The position numbers and the translations under genes are program-made. Below are positions 39,691 to 51,800 of a stretch of 64,000 bases of DNA, in pieces (position 1 is the stretch's first letter; each line of letters opens with the position of its first letter). This DNA comes from Raillietiella orientalis. Its lineage: Eukaryota. The stretch is from contig JAYWIR010000031.1 in NCBI GenBank assembly GCA_036172245.1, positions 558,001-622,000 on the forward strand, read 5' to 3'. The notes below the pieces were generated by a model that ran no database searches, was not told the origin of the DNA, and saw only the letters and a list, made by a program, of their open reading frames with translations.

Positions 39691-41099
39691 TTCATAAAGA
39701 CGGGCGCCGAAGCCGCCTAGACGTGTTAATAGGCAAACACGAAGGCGAAACTAATTTTATTCTTTTCCGGAACTGCTAGAGGCGATCCATCTGTTTGTTT
39801 ATTTTTCCCTGAAGAGTAAGGACAGAGGACTTCCATGATGGCAAAGGATCGGAAGAGCCCCAACACGTCCTCCTGAATGCTCGTCCTGTTTCACTTCAGC
39901 AGCAATGGAATGCACGTAGCCGCGACGACGGTGATTAGACCGAGAAGCGAGTGAAAGAGAAAGAACACGCAAGACGTGAGTTATCCCGAGCGCGCTGCTT
40001 TTTTTCCCTGGGAGTGCGCCCACTGCATCGGATCTCCTTAAGAGAATTACTTCTTGCTCTCTTCATCTCATTCCGGGCCCGAGAGACTTCCTCGGCGGTT
40101 CGCCGTTCGTTTTCCTCTGTGCCTAAGAGCGTGCCTCTTCGGTCCGTCGGCACGATATTTAATTAATGCCCCACACCGGCTCCGGCACGGAACGCAGCTG
40201 GGGAAAATGGGACCGGCAGAGATTCTCGAGGCATCTGAAGGCTGTTTGCAGATGAAGGTGCGGCAATCTCGTTAATTGGACCGTGTACAAACAGAGGATA
40301 ACCGTCGCGAGGTTCGTCTCCAGGCATTCGCGTATTCACGAGATGCTCCGCGTTTCCCAGTTCGCCGCTGGAATCGCGGCTGCTGCAAATCGTCCACACT
40401 TGGGTTTCCTCAAGCGGCCATCAACCGAGGAAGCGAAACGTGGAGATTGTTCTTCTGGGTTGCTCGCGGGTTGCGTAAGGCACTTTTGGGTCCGAGGTTT
40501 ATCGAGTGCCCATCAAAGCTCTTCGAAATTCTGTCTCCAGGTGGCTTCCGCGATTGCTTGGAGCTCATCGCACCTTCGTCCGCTCTCTGTTCTTTTCCAT
40601 TTCCCTTTGCATGTGACAAAGCATATTGGCCGACTCCCATCTTTTTCATTTCTTTTTACTTTTCTTCTGGGAGAGAAGAAGGCATTGTGAATCATCTGCG
40701 CATCAGGAAAGGTTTCAAGCCGTACGGTGCAGGGCCAGGGCTCTTCTGGATCCTTCGACACGGTGGGGGAATTTAGAAATGGCGCCATATGTCATCAGCA
40801 GCTATCGAGGGAGCCTTCTCGGATGATGTTTCTTCTCGGGGTCTCAAATTCCAGAGTGGATGCTGCTTCGATAGCAGCGCAGTACACGGACGAGACGGTT
40901 TTTTCACCTTCCATCGTGAGTCTCGAGAAAAATCAAGAAATTTCGACCCCTTCTCCACGGGAATGTTCCCATGGGAACGCTGCTGGCCGCGACTCGTTCG
41001 CCTATTTGGGAGGAAGCCGAGGATGTATTGCTTTTTGTCCTTTTTTTAAAAGGCCAGTGGCACCTCACGGGGAGGTCGTTACCATTAGTCTAGGACGAT

Positions 41100-42250
41100 A
41101 ATCACCAGGTTCTGACGAGGAATTTATATAACAGAAAGCAGTTAAATACATTGGTGTGGTAGAGCCGCTGGTTCTTCCACGTGCAAGAAACTTGCCGAAG
41201 AGCGGTGTGCAATCCGGCGAGATGAGCTTCGGCAGCGGGAGGGAAGGGGAAACAAAAACCAAAAAAAAAAATAAACAAAAACAACAGGGGAAGGGAAATC
41301 ATACACGGGAGGGGGGGTGGCAGACCGAGGAAGGGATCAAGGTACGCTGCCAGGCATCCTCTGCATCCTGTCCAGAATGCCGGCACGTTCTGTTCGGATA
41401 GTGCCTAGATGGGGCCCTCTCAAGGCGGTCCTCAGGAAGATTTGCTCCCAATAGATGGCATCCTTGCCATTTGGGCTCTTTTCCCTGTGTTCTAGGCCGT
41501 CGTGATCCCGCGAACACAGCAGAGGGGACTGCGAGGGATGCGGCTGGCGGAAGAGCATCACCGCGCACGGAGAGGTGTCTCAACATCTGAACATGTATCT
41601 GGGACTGCCCACCGGGGATTTGGAGCGTGAAAGGGTCGGAGGGCAGCACAATCCAACAGTAGATGCGGGAGGGTCTCATTCTTGTCGCACTGAGTGTCCA
41701 CGCTCCCCCTCCCTTGTCGAGTGGTGAAGGCGCACTTTGCACAGGATTTCCCCACGCAACACCAGCAACGCCGACTCCTGCAACTTGAGGGGGAGCACTG
41801 CACTGTTCCAGCACGCTGGGGGCCTCTTAATCTCCTCAGGAGGGATGCCGAGCAGCTCTCCCCACAGTGCAAGTCCTTGGGGTGGGACACTCAGGGTCGC
41901 AGCTTTCGTGACCTCCCGAGTTGTGTATGTCCCAGAGGTTCAGTCTTTGCTGCTATGCAGCACGTTAGATCCCACCTAGCCTGGATGACGCTACCCCTTG
42001 CGTCCCTGAGGAAGAGCAGTACTGAGGCAAGATGGGTAGACGAGGCCTGCAGCGTCTTCCAAGGGTTGCGGACGATCTCCTCCAACGACTTGCGAGCATC
42101 TATGCCTCGCCACAGGCAGAAGTTCGCCGTCTGTCTCGCGCCGTGGATCTTTCCCCAGGCGAAGACCGACCCCTGGAGCCAGGCAGTGCGCTGCGCGGGG
42201 AGTCAGGAGATCCAGGTGTTCTCCTCTTCCAGGGCATCTATCTGGCAAAG
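41100..42250 (-). mobile_element. L1/Tx1-type LINE 3' fragment (related, diverged family)
   Basis: The minus strand reads PLKLQESALLVLRGEIL, homologous to PLKWQDPALMLL of 32135..32815. It shares AATAGATGGCATCC and TCCTCTGCATCC with the 32-kb copy. It ends in YLDPF and a T-rich 3' UTR. Confidence 0.75.
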
Positions 42251-42892
42251 TTAACCCAGGATGATGGAAACCTCTTCGGGTTCTCACACTTTCGTTGCCT
42301 TCCTTCCAGCTGTTTTTTTTCCCTTTTGATTCTCAAGGAATGCTGAAGAACCGTTCGCCTCCGTAGAGGAGGCTCACAAAGCTCTTTAACGCTGTCCATG
42401 CCACCCAAGGGTGTGTCGACTCTTTAAGTTACGGGGGGTGCCCTGGAAGGGGACTGTCCTTTGAATCTACTAAGGGTTCCGAAGAAGGGACTCTGTTCCT
42501 CTCGCGCTTGGTAGTGTACCACGAAGGGATCCTCTTATTCTCTACAGAGGGATCCCTTGGAGAGGGCTACTCCCTGTTCCTCCTCCGAAGGGAAACCGGA
42601 AAGGATCTGCCTCCTGGAATTTCCTCTCCGGAGGGAACCCTCAAGGGAACTGCTCCTTGTTTTCTCCTCCTCTGAAGAGAACCCCAAAGGGATCTTCCGA
42701 ATTCTTTCTCAAGGGCGCTGACCGAAGAGAGCAGGGCACTTCTTGACACTCTGGAGAGACATAAGTCAACTATAAGGTACGCGATGGAGAATTCTCCCGA
42801 AGGACTTCTTTATTCCTGAAACTGGAATCCACTTGTAATCTCCGCTAGTAAACGGGAACATCCGGGGGTTTTCGAATTCCACCAGCGCCGCA

Positions 42893-43526
42893 GATGGGGG
42901 TATGCTGACCTAAACTGTTCTAGATGCGGGGAGCGGGAATCCCTCCTGCGTCTCCTAGAGAACTGTGTTGCCATTCGGTCCCTTTGAAGACTCTTTGCCG
43001 CGACTCTTCGAACACTCGGAAGCAACGCCAGAGACTTTGTAAAGCGCCTATTCCTGCGCGACGTCCTCACACCGGAAGCATCAATAGCATCACTCAGTTG
43101 CCTATGCGGAGGGACCGTGGCTGCATAGAGCAACGCCAGAGAACGCCAGAACGACAGGGATACCATCTATTCTGCTGTCTCCTTCATGAGGACAGAGTCA
43201 AAATAACCCCATCTGGGAGTCTTGGGACGGGAAACTGTTGGCATTCTCACAAGGATGCAGAGGACGCCCTCCAGCACACGGTGATTCCTTCCTGAACCCT
43301 CTCTGTTTTGGCTGTATGTTTTGTGTTTAATTTTTTTTGTTTTTGTTTGTCTCCCCTTCCCCTGTGCTGCGGAGGCGAACCCCGCTGGCCTGCGTGCCAT
43401 AGAATTTGGTTCTTCATGGCAGGTTCCTTCTCGTAGTTATAAGTAACTTGGTAGGATCACGCATCCTGCCACTGATGTCTAAGTTTTATTTTTAATAAAT
43501 AAACACCCGGGCGTGACCGGGTGTCA
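42893..43526 (+). mobile_element. L1/Tx1-type LINE 3' fragment (same family as 31939-32850), flanked by candidate 12-bp TSDs
   Basis: Encodes DLNCSRCGERESLLRLLENCVAIRSL* (CCHC-like region). AATAAA is at 43494 and a terminal hairpin ACACCCGG-gcgtga-CCGGGTGT is at 43503-43524. The flanks are ACCAGCGCCGCA (42881-42892) and ACCAATGCCGCA (43527-43538). Confidence 0.85.
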
Positions 43527-43569
43527 ACCAATGCCGCACCCGAAGCCTGTAGGACGACTAGCGTCATCT

Positions 43570-43680
43570 TGCGGAGGGACTCGAAATCCACGACGGGCCC
43601 CTTCTCCGGGTAGGTTTCGAACCCGCGACAAGTGGTGCCACGCGCGGAGACCGCTGCCATGTGGCCGCCAACGCGAGCTG
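43570..43680 (-). other. tRNA-derived (SINE-head-like) segment of the interspersed repeat
   Basis: The minus strand reads GCGTTGGCGGCCACATGG (A-box-like) ... CGCGGGTTCGAAACC (B-box), then a second B-box-like CGTGGATTTCGAGTCCC. It is conserved at ~21180-21295 and ~31825-31900. It does not form an intact cloverleaf. Confidence 0.5.
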
Positions 43681-46600
43681 CACTCTGCCGTTCCTGAGGG
43701 CACCACACCGTTTGAACGTTGGCCGCAAAGTGCTCCCCGGAGGATGGGCTTTCAAGGCTCCTCATTCAGCCTCCACGAACAAGACGTGGATTAACTGAAT
43801 CCCCGTATATTCGGTAGACAAGTGGTTAGAAGCGCGATCTCTTGTTTTCCAGCATATGATGAGAGCGAAATCACGTTGAGTGGAGAAAGCAAAGCATGAT
43901 CAATCTCCATGTGAACGGGATAAAGGGAAAGCTCATCATACCCATTGCTTCTTCGATCCAGATTCTTTCTGGAGGAAGGATGGAGTTCTGTGCCTGCGAT
44001 AACTGTCGTTTTTCGAGAGCCTCCGCTCTTCATGGGCTGCCAGAACCGTGAAGGGGGGGTAGAAAGAGAGCACAAAAGTTCAAACCTTCTAAGAGGGATA
44101 GATGGACCAAGGATGCTGTGCCTGCTAGCCGTTTTGTCCTGCCTGCAAGTCTGCAGGAACCAGGGTCGCGGATGCGGGGACGTTCGCGAAGAAGGTAAGC
44201 TCTAACTGAGGCGAACCTCACAGAAAGACCGGAAACTCACGGATGGTTTCCCAGGCAACGCAACCGACCGCATCCGAGAGAAAAAGAGGTCTGCTGGAGA
44301 CACAAACGCAAATTACAAAGGAAGCAGTAGGGAGCTCAGAATTGCCATCCTACTAATCCCCATGTGATTTCATCTTTCCGTGAAAATCCGAATGGTTATT
44401 TACTGGAAATTCTGGAGACAAGTGGAAACCATGGTTTCCAAAAGTCGCCGTTTCAAACAGAATTCGGCTAACTCTTCTTTCATCGTGTTCTTCTCCAGGA
44501 ACTCTTTCTGAGGTAAGGGTAGCTGAACGTCATAGAACACGGCCTAGCGTGGATGCCAGGAACGTCATCACCGTGGTGACCTCCTTCCCAAAAGGACGAC
44601 GACGAGATGGTCTCACCCACCGGATCTGGGAACCATCTTGACACCATCCTGCAAAGGATGGTGTCCAGGAGAATGTCGGTGACCTTCCCTCTCCCCCCTT
44701 TCCACACAGACAGTTGAACGTGTTCCTTCGTTTCTTCATTTGGCACCCCTTCCTATCCATGTAGCCCGCTGGCAGGTCATTCTGAATTGTTTGGACGGTT
44801 GTTCTCCCTTGTTTCGTTGCGTGCTTGCTGTTACGAGCTAAAAGAAGCGCCGGGGCGCAGCTAGGTGCCACAGGTTGGGATGACGTCCTCTGCTCGTGCC
44901 TCCTGGAAACGAAGGAAGCTCCTGGATCAGAAAAATCTGTGCGGTTCTCTCCTCATGAGTACGCGCTCAGCGTGTGAACGCGGGGACGTTCATGCTGGAG
45001 GCTGAGTCCTCCTCAGCTTCTCGCGATACGTGTGCGCAGCTTCTTCTTCCATGGCAACGGAACTCTTTCCCCTCCTCAGCGTTTGATAGTTGCCACTTGT
45101 AACCTCACTAAACTAAGGAGTTTGACAAGATTACGAAGCACACGGCATCCCTGCTTTCCTCTTGAAATGGCACTCTATTAATCAAGGATGGAGTCCAGGG
45201 TTCTTCGAACATCGCGCGTAACGATGCTGATGATCATTCCCAGCCATCAGCATCTTCAAAGAGCGGTGCCTGCGAAGAAATTCGATGAAAAAAAACGAAA
45301 GAAGCAGCTCATAACGCACGCGGTCATCGAGATCTGTTCCATATTTAGCCGTTTCGTAGTTCGAAATGGATAACTGCTACCATGGAAACAAGCTAACGGC
45401 TTATGCACTGTTACCACGTCAACAATAGGCATCCAGATGGAAATAAACCAACATGTTTACGATGGAGCATAATGTTTCTGCAAATAATACCGAACAAAAG
45501 AAGAAGAAGAAAAAGAGATCAAAAGAATTCCAAAAATTGATTTCTTATGTTAATGATGCCGGAAAATTTCCTCATAAATTTACAAAATTGGGGAGAAGAA
45601 AAAAAAAAAAAAGCATTCCGATGTGGGAGACGCTGCAATACTTTCGCGCGCTCTCTCGTGCGTTCTCGCAAAAGGGGACTGGACCGGACACCGGTCAAGA
45701 GAAGAGGAAGCCTCGGAAATCTTTTTTCTTCGCTCGAAGAATCAGGTCGGTAATGCGAATGCCCAGATACTAAGCGTCGTCAAAATATGCAAAGGAAGAG
45801 GGAAGTTCCATTCCTTCCCATTTCTTGCGCTGGGATCCTTCCGTGGAAAGTTTTGCCGGTCGAAACATCCAGCTGCGAGCGGGGTGGGAGCAAGATGAGC
45901 TCTTCGTCGCCGGACTCCCCGTAGGTATCTTCCATTTACTCGCAGGACAGAAGAACAAATAAAGAAAAGAAAGTCGGGTTATCAACCGGCAGCAAAAGAA
46001 GGACATCGCCGCCCCCGGAACGCATTCTTAGAGAAAGAAGAGGAGGAACGCAGCGTCCTCCCCCGACGGCCGTTCCAATCTTTATGATCGCCTTCCGCTG
46101 CCGAGGTGAAGAACGACGAATGGCATTCCTCCGAGGAAAGTGGACGAGCACGCATGCTGCCGCCGACATGTGTTTGCGAGCACCAAGGAAACCATGAGGG
46201 TCCCCTCCTCGCGGCAGCTTCCTGCGAAAGCGCCCGATCCCGTAAGGCTCCCGAGCTTAATTGTCACGAGAGCTCCTCCGACGCTCCCGGCGAAAGGTGT
46301 CGGCATTCCTGCCCCGTCGAAGCGCGGATCGCCCGCTAATGATGAGCGACTTCGGCTCCCTCTTTGCCGAGTCACCGTTCACTTCGAAGCTCCTGGCGCA
46401 CGTGCTGGGAAAGGCACCACGGCAACTTCCCGATGGGTGACCGATCCACCGGACTCAACTCCTTGGTGTCAACAAGAGGTGTGTTCCGTGCAAACAAGAG
46501 CGGGTTTGAAACCTCAGGGAGTCCTAAGTCCCCAGTGCTCCCGTTTTTTCCCAGCCTGAGGCCCACGATCCTTTATGATCAATACAGGCTCCATCTACTG

Positions 46601-47209
46601 ATGCTTCAGGTTTTTACGAAGAAGAGAGCATTTTTTCCGCGACAGACCTGGCATTTAATTGGAAGCATCTTCCTTTCGGGCCGCGAATTTATTAGGAACG
46701 TTCGCTTTCCTCCTCTCATCTTTCCAATGCATCGTTTGGCAAACAGCATTGCTTAAGCCAGGAGCCAAACTGTCACGTAGGCAGACTGGGAAACTGCTTG
46801 CGGTATGTGGACTGGGAAGTCTTCATACCGAGACGCAAAGATCAGTTAGAAGTAACACAATTTAATAGGCGTAGAAGAAGCCGAACCGATTTAGACTACA
46901 GTCTCCAAAGTCTAGTGAATAGGGCGAGACTTTTTCTCGTACGAACGATCTCCTTCCCCTCCAAACTGAAGCTCCCTTCCCATGACTCGAAAACTCCCAC
47001 TCTCCTTCATGATTTGCAGCTAGGATGCCCCGAAGCTGTGAGGCAATCGATTTCTAGCTCCTTCATGCCACGAGATTTTCTTGCACTCGGTCTTTCGCGA
47101 CCTCCAGGGATCTTGCGAAAAAACTTTCAAAGCATTCATGAAATCTCCCTGGGCGACGGTAGGGTGTGTGCTGAAAGACATGATTTTCCCCTAGTCCGAC
47201 AAGAGGTAG

Positions 47210-50200
47210 TCCGAATTTATTAACAGCACGAAAGAAGTGTACATTGCTTACTCACACAGAACAACACAATCCATGCAAAGTTTTGCGTGTGGCCTCACTC
47301 AAGGTGTTTAGCCACGTGCTGAAAGTCGCTCGTCTTTGCCGTTACCCTTTGAGGAAATAAATGTGGCTCCTGAGGGTCTCCGTCTAGAACACTTTTGTTG
47401 AGCCTTATTTTTTGTTTGCCGCCCCTCATTCGATGAAGGCACTGGCGCAGCGCCTTCCGCGAAAAGTCTTATGGGGCGCTGCGAGGTCCTGGATGCTCCT
47501 GAAAGAATTGGTGGAGCCTCGCCAGGACGCGGTCTTGGGCAAATTGATCATTGAGTAGATCAGACTGCAGGTGCAGTTCCGACTTCTACTCCTGTGTGGA
47601 AAATTGTGGCTTCCCCATTGGCGTGCTCCGGCACGCCACATCTTCCGGCGTTGTGCTGGAAGTGCAGGACTTCTTTAGCTTCTGCCGCGCAACCTACGCC
47701 GTGGAACAGGATTTGGCTACCCCCTGAGACATCTGTCCTCACTAGTGGAAGCACATCCGTCAATGTCCTACCTCCTTATAAACTGAGACGCCTGGTGGCA
47801 GGAGGCTCTGGAGATGCAACTTTTAAAATGCACCCAGAGGAACTGACAACTGCAGGGTCTCCTGCGCAAACCGCTGGGAGATCTTCTGCAGAATTAGACG
47901 CAATAGTCCCAGATAGCCATCACATCCCTTGCCGCAGCACTGTCTGCCCTCAGGGAAAACAGCGACAGCAGCCAACAGGTGGGATGGGAGCTCACCTGCA
48001 ACATTGCAGGAGTCGAGAAACTCCTGGACGGCTGCGAGAGGAGCGAGTTGGTGAACGTTGTCACTCCTCGTTTCCAAGGAAAGGGACTCCTTCGGTGGAG
48101 TGAACTACCTTATGTGCCACCCGAAGAACTCTTTGACCCTTCTCTGTGTGTGATCACCTCCTTATTCCCGCTCTGGCAGAAAGAGGATTGATTGTGCTGC
48201 TTCTAAGCTGGAGATTCCAGTGCAATCAGAGAATGCACCAGGTTCCTGGGTATTGCTTCCCAGAACTGTTCAAGTTGGACTTCAGTGTCCTCGAGGATTG
48301 TGGCCGAGACTCTCTTCGACGCTCCGTCGGCAGCAGGACACTGCAACGGGACCTTTGGAGGCGGTTCTTGCTGTGGCCGCGTCAGCCAGCTGTCGCATTG
48401 TCCAGCCACCGATAGGCTTCCTGCAGGCCGAGATCTTGCAGGAAACTCCCATTTCGCCGGTTGGCAGATGCCCATGTACCTAGATAGTGGAGGACACCGC
48501 TGTGGCGAAGGAGGTGGCTGGTGTGTAGGCCAACATGATCAGCTCACTACCCACCGCCTCCAGTGTTCTTCCGCTGTTCTTCTGAAACTCTCGGCAACGG
48601 GTAACTTCCGACGGGGCCCGGGCGAGCTGGGCCCACGTCCTCACTTTCTTCTGCCGCCATGCCGGAGTGTTCGCAGGGCGGCAGCAAATCCACGTGTTCG
48701 CTTCCAACAAAGCAGTCACACACCGGAGTGGAAAACCGCAAGATGGGAGCCGGCGGTGGTGACACTCAAGCAGGGTTGAGACTCCTTCACCACCGACCAG
48801 CAGCCGGGAAAGCAAACGTGAAGGGGCCCACCAATGGGTGACCCAGTTCTGTGCCACGAAGGCCAGTCTTCGGAAGTTCAGTTGAACTTCCATGCGCTCC
48901 AATGTCATGCGTCAAAGTCCTCCTCAGCGACGAGGAGCACACAAGTCTTTTAATCGGACTCAAGACCTCCCATTGCCCCAGAGGGCTTTTCGAAGGAGGT
49001 CCTTCTTTCGTTTCATCATGCCGGGGGAGGAGGAGCGAACAAAAAGCATGGGTCGGAGGACAGGAACAACAAAGGTGTTCCAAATGACGTCCCGTTCCGG
49101 CAACCAGAAGTCACCTTCATCGAACGGGCCGAGCGCCGACTCTGCCTTCTGGAGGCAGCCAGACCACGCTTCCGTAGGGGAAAATCCCCCAGCGGCACGC
49201 CGAGGTACTTGAAGCATCTAACCGTAAGGATCCGCAAACGGGCCCAGTCCGACTGCCCAGCCACGTTGCGCCGACCGGACACACTCTTGACTTCTCTCTG
49301 TTCACCTCTGTTTAGTAGCTCGAAGAATCCCTCGAGTGAGTCTTCAGGGGTAGACATGGGGAGCAGCAGCAAGAGGTCATCTGTATAGGCCGACACGGCC
49401 GGCATACCGGAGCACGAGCTCGGCAGGGAAACCAGAGTATCGCTGTACGGCCTCAGCACCTACTCGAAGTAGGTGTTGAAGAGCAAGGAGTTCGGGCTGT
49501 CTCCATGCCTCATGCCGCACCGCACCGGAATGCCGTACACGTGCCTGCCGCTGAAAAAAATGTTCAGCATTGAGGAGTGCGAGCTGGAGCGCCGATAGGC
49601 CAGGAAGACGGTCAGGAACCCCAAGCGTTCCAGAAGCTCTCGGAGAAACTCCTGGTCGACGCAGCCGAACGCTTTGCGCAGATCCACCGCGATCGCAAGG
49701 GCTCCCGACGCATCCCCCAACAGACGGCTTCCTGGTCCCTGGTTCTTGAGGAATCGGGAATTCCCCGGCCTGCTGTGTCAACCCGCTGTAGCAGCGCGAG
49801 CCAGGTCCGCTCGAGGAATAGGTTGGTTTCCATCGATCTGCCGGGAACAGCGTACGTCTGTTCTGGACTTATGAGCATTTCGGCCACTCGTCCGATTCTC
49901 TCGGACCACAGCTTCGTCAGCAGCTTGGCGTCCGTATTTACTACTGTAATTGGCCGCCAGTTGCCAATGTTGCGTAGGTCTCCTCCTTTAGGAGAAGCCT
50001 TACTTTAGCTGACCGGAACGAGTCAGGAACGTCGCCCGCCGAGTCAGCACTTCCATCTTCTGCACCAAGGGCGAGAGCTATGCCGCAAAGCCTTGGTAAA
50101 ACTCTGTGGACAGGCGGTCCTCCGCTGGCGCCTTTCTTTTCCGGAGTTTTCCGATGGCGCTGGTGATTTCTCCTATCGAGAAAGATTCCGCGAGCCACTG

Positions 50201-50585
50201 CCGCGTCTCCTCTCCTATAGATGGGTCGTCTCCTGGCAGTAGGCGCTGCGAGAAGTCTCTCTCCAATGAAGCCTTTGCGTAAAGGGAGGAGTAGTAATTG
50301 CGCCCAATGAGCCTGACTTGCTGACAGCATTCCAGGCCGTTTTCGTCCAGCAAGGTGGCCGAGCCGGACTGCCAGGCCTGGAGCGCGGACCCCGCTCGAA
50401 ACTCCTCCAGTCGACGTACGTCTGGCCGTCTTTGCCATGGCCGCGTCTGCAAGAACGCCCGCTCGTTCCGCATACCTCCGTTAAAACCGGTGGAGAGGCA
50501 GTCCATTGGGAATCTTTCGCAGAACTTTCGGACCGAGTGCTTGACAGCGTCCCAGTCCTCGAGTCTCTGCACCGCTGCTCCTCGC
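47210..50585 (-). mobile_element. Degenerate L1/Tx1-clade non-LTR retrotransposon ORF2 (RT domain to C-terminus), 5'-truncated
   Basis: Collinear motifs are WDAVKHSVRKFC, KAPAEDRLSTEFY, GDLRNIGNWRPITVV, LISPEQTYAVPGRSM, IAVDLRKAFGCVDQEFL, GMRHGDSPNSLLFN, VSAYTDDL (YADD) and FKYLGVPL, plus a C-terminal Cys/His region near 47600-47750. AATAAA lies on the minus strand at ~47217-47222. Multiple stops and frameshifts. Confidence 0.93.
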
Positions 50586-50589
50586 AGGA

Positions 50590-51800
50590 AGCTACCTCTG
50601 GGTTACACCTCGTAAGATTTCAATCGCAGGCACTATTCTGCTGGAGGTTCGTATTTTTTCTCTTCTGAACACGATGCTTGCGACGAAGAGGGCGATGGCA
50701 GTGTGGACCATAGGATTGTATCGAGGAACGTCCCGGTTCCCTTCAAACATCCATTCCCGGATCTTTATCTTCGTCGACGTCTGCAGTCTGGTCACCACAT
50801 TCAGCGCTTCCCAGTCCTGGTATAGCTTCAGGCAGATGAGAACATGTATCTGTGTTTCCCTATCTCCACATCTTGAAAATTCCATCCTGGAAGTTGGCTG
50901 CCCAGTGTGTTTCACTGGATCCATTCAAGATGCCTGCGTGGGAGAACACGAGGATATCATCCTGAGTGTTCTGTGGTAGGTCGCTTCTCTGATTGTTTGT
51001 CCAACCGCTAGCAGATTCACCACAAGGCGGCTGGCAGCTTTTTCGAGGGCGACATCTTGTTCTTTTTGGGTAGTCATGACTTCGTGGATGTTGCTTCTGT
51101 TGATGAGGCACCGTGCATTTGTTTTCAGTTTCCTCCAAAGTTCCCGATTCTTGTGGGTGAATTTTCCTATTATCCTTGTTGCGTGGCGATACAGTCCATC
51201 CGCCTACCCGTTCCGACTTCGCCATGCCCGTGGCTTCCTCTTCATATCTGGACTGCTCCGCGGTAGAGCAACGCTTCCGGACCGTTGTATCCTAATGAAT
51301 GCAAAGTGAAGTTCGGCAAGGAGGAGAAAACTCCTGTGGAGTCAACAACATCCTTCACGATGGCTTCACGATGTCTCAGTGGCGGACTTCATTCCCGATC
51401 TGGAGACAATGGGATCCAGGGAGACAGGATGAGAAGACAGAAATGAGAGCGATGCTTGAACGCATGGGCTCCTGCCGGGGGGACCACGGAAAGCGTGGGA
51501 ATTTTCACGGTACGGCGGTCAGAGTGGGATGAGATGCTTCTGGGAATCGCATTTTGTGGCAGTGGTCACTTGTGGAGAACTGATCGCAGTCGTGGAGGGT
51601 CATTCCTGGAATATCCACTTCCAGGTCTCTCGGAGGACTGGAGTGAAGTGCGGGATAACGGTTGTCAGTTCCTCCTGCAAAAGTTTTCTGCCTCTCGGAA
51701 CGATTTTGACTTGGTGAGTCGTCGTCATTCCTTGTTTCCTCTCCCATGTGGGGTCAATGCTACCCCATTCTCCACGTTTACCTATTGGTGCTACCATTAG
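50590..51800 (-). mobile_element. C-terminal fragment of a second L1/Tx1-like ORF2
   Basis: SDLPQNTQDDILVFSHAGIL followed by SRCGDRETQIHVLICLKL (C..CG..ET..H.L..C pattern). The upstream boundary is approximate. Confidence 0.55.

Larger units (their letters stand above)
42258..43690. repeat. Interspersed non-coding repeat, copy C, interrupted by a LINE 3' fragment
   Basis: Starts AGGATGATGGAAA like copy A and is collinear with copies A and B on both sides of the LINE insert. Confidence 0.85.

Noticed and set aside
43570..43680. Functional tRNA gene
   Set aside because: The acceptor and anticodon stems do not pair, so it is treated as a tRNA-derived repeat only.
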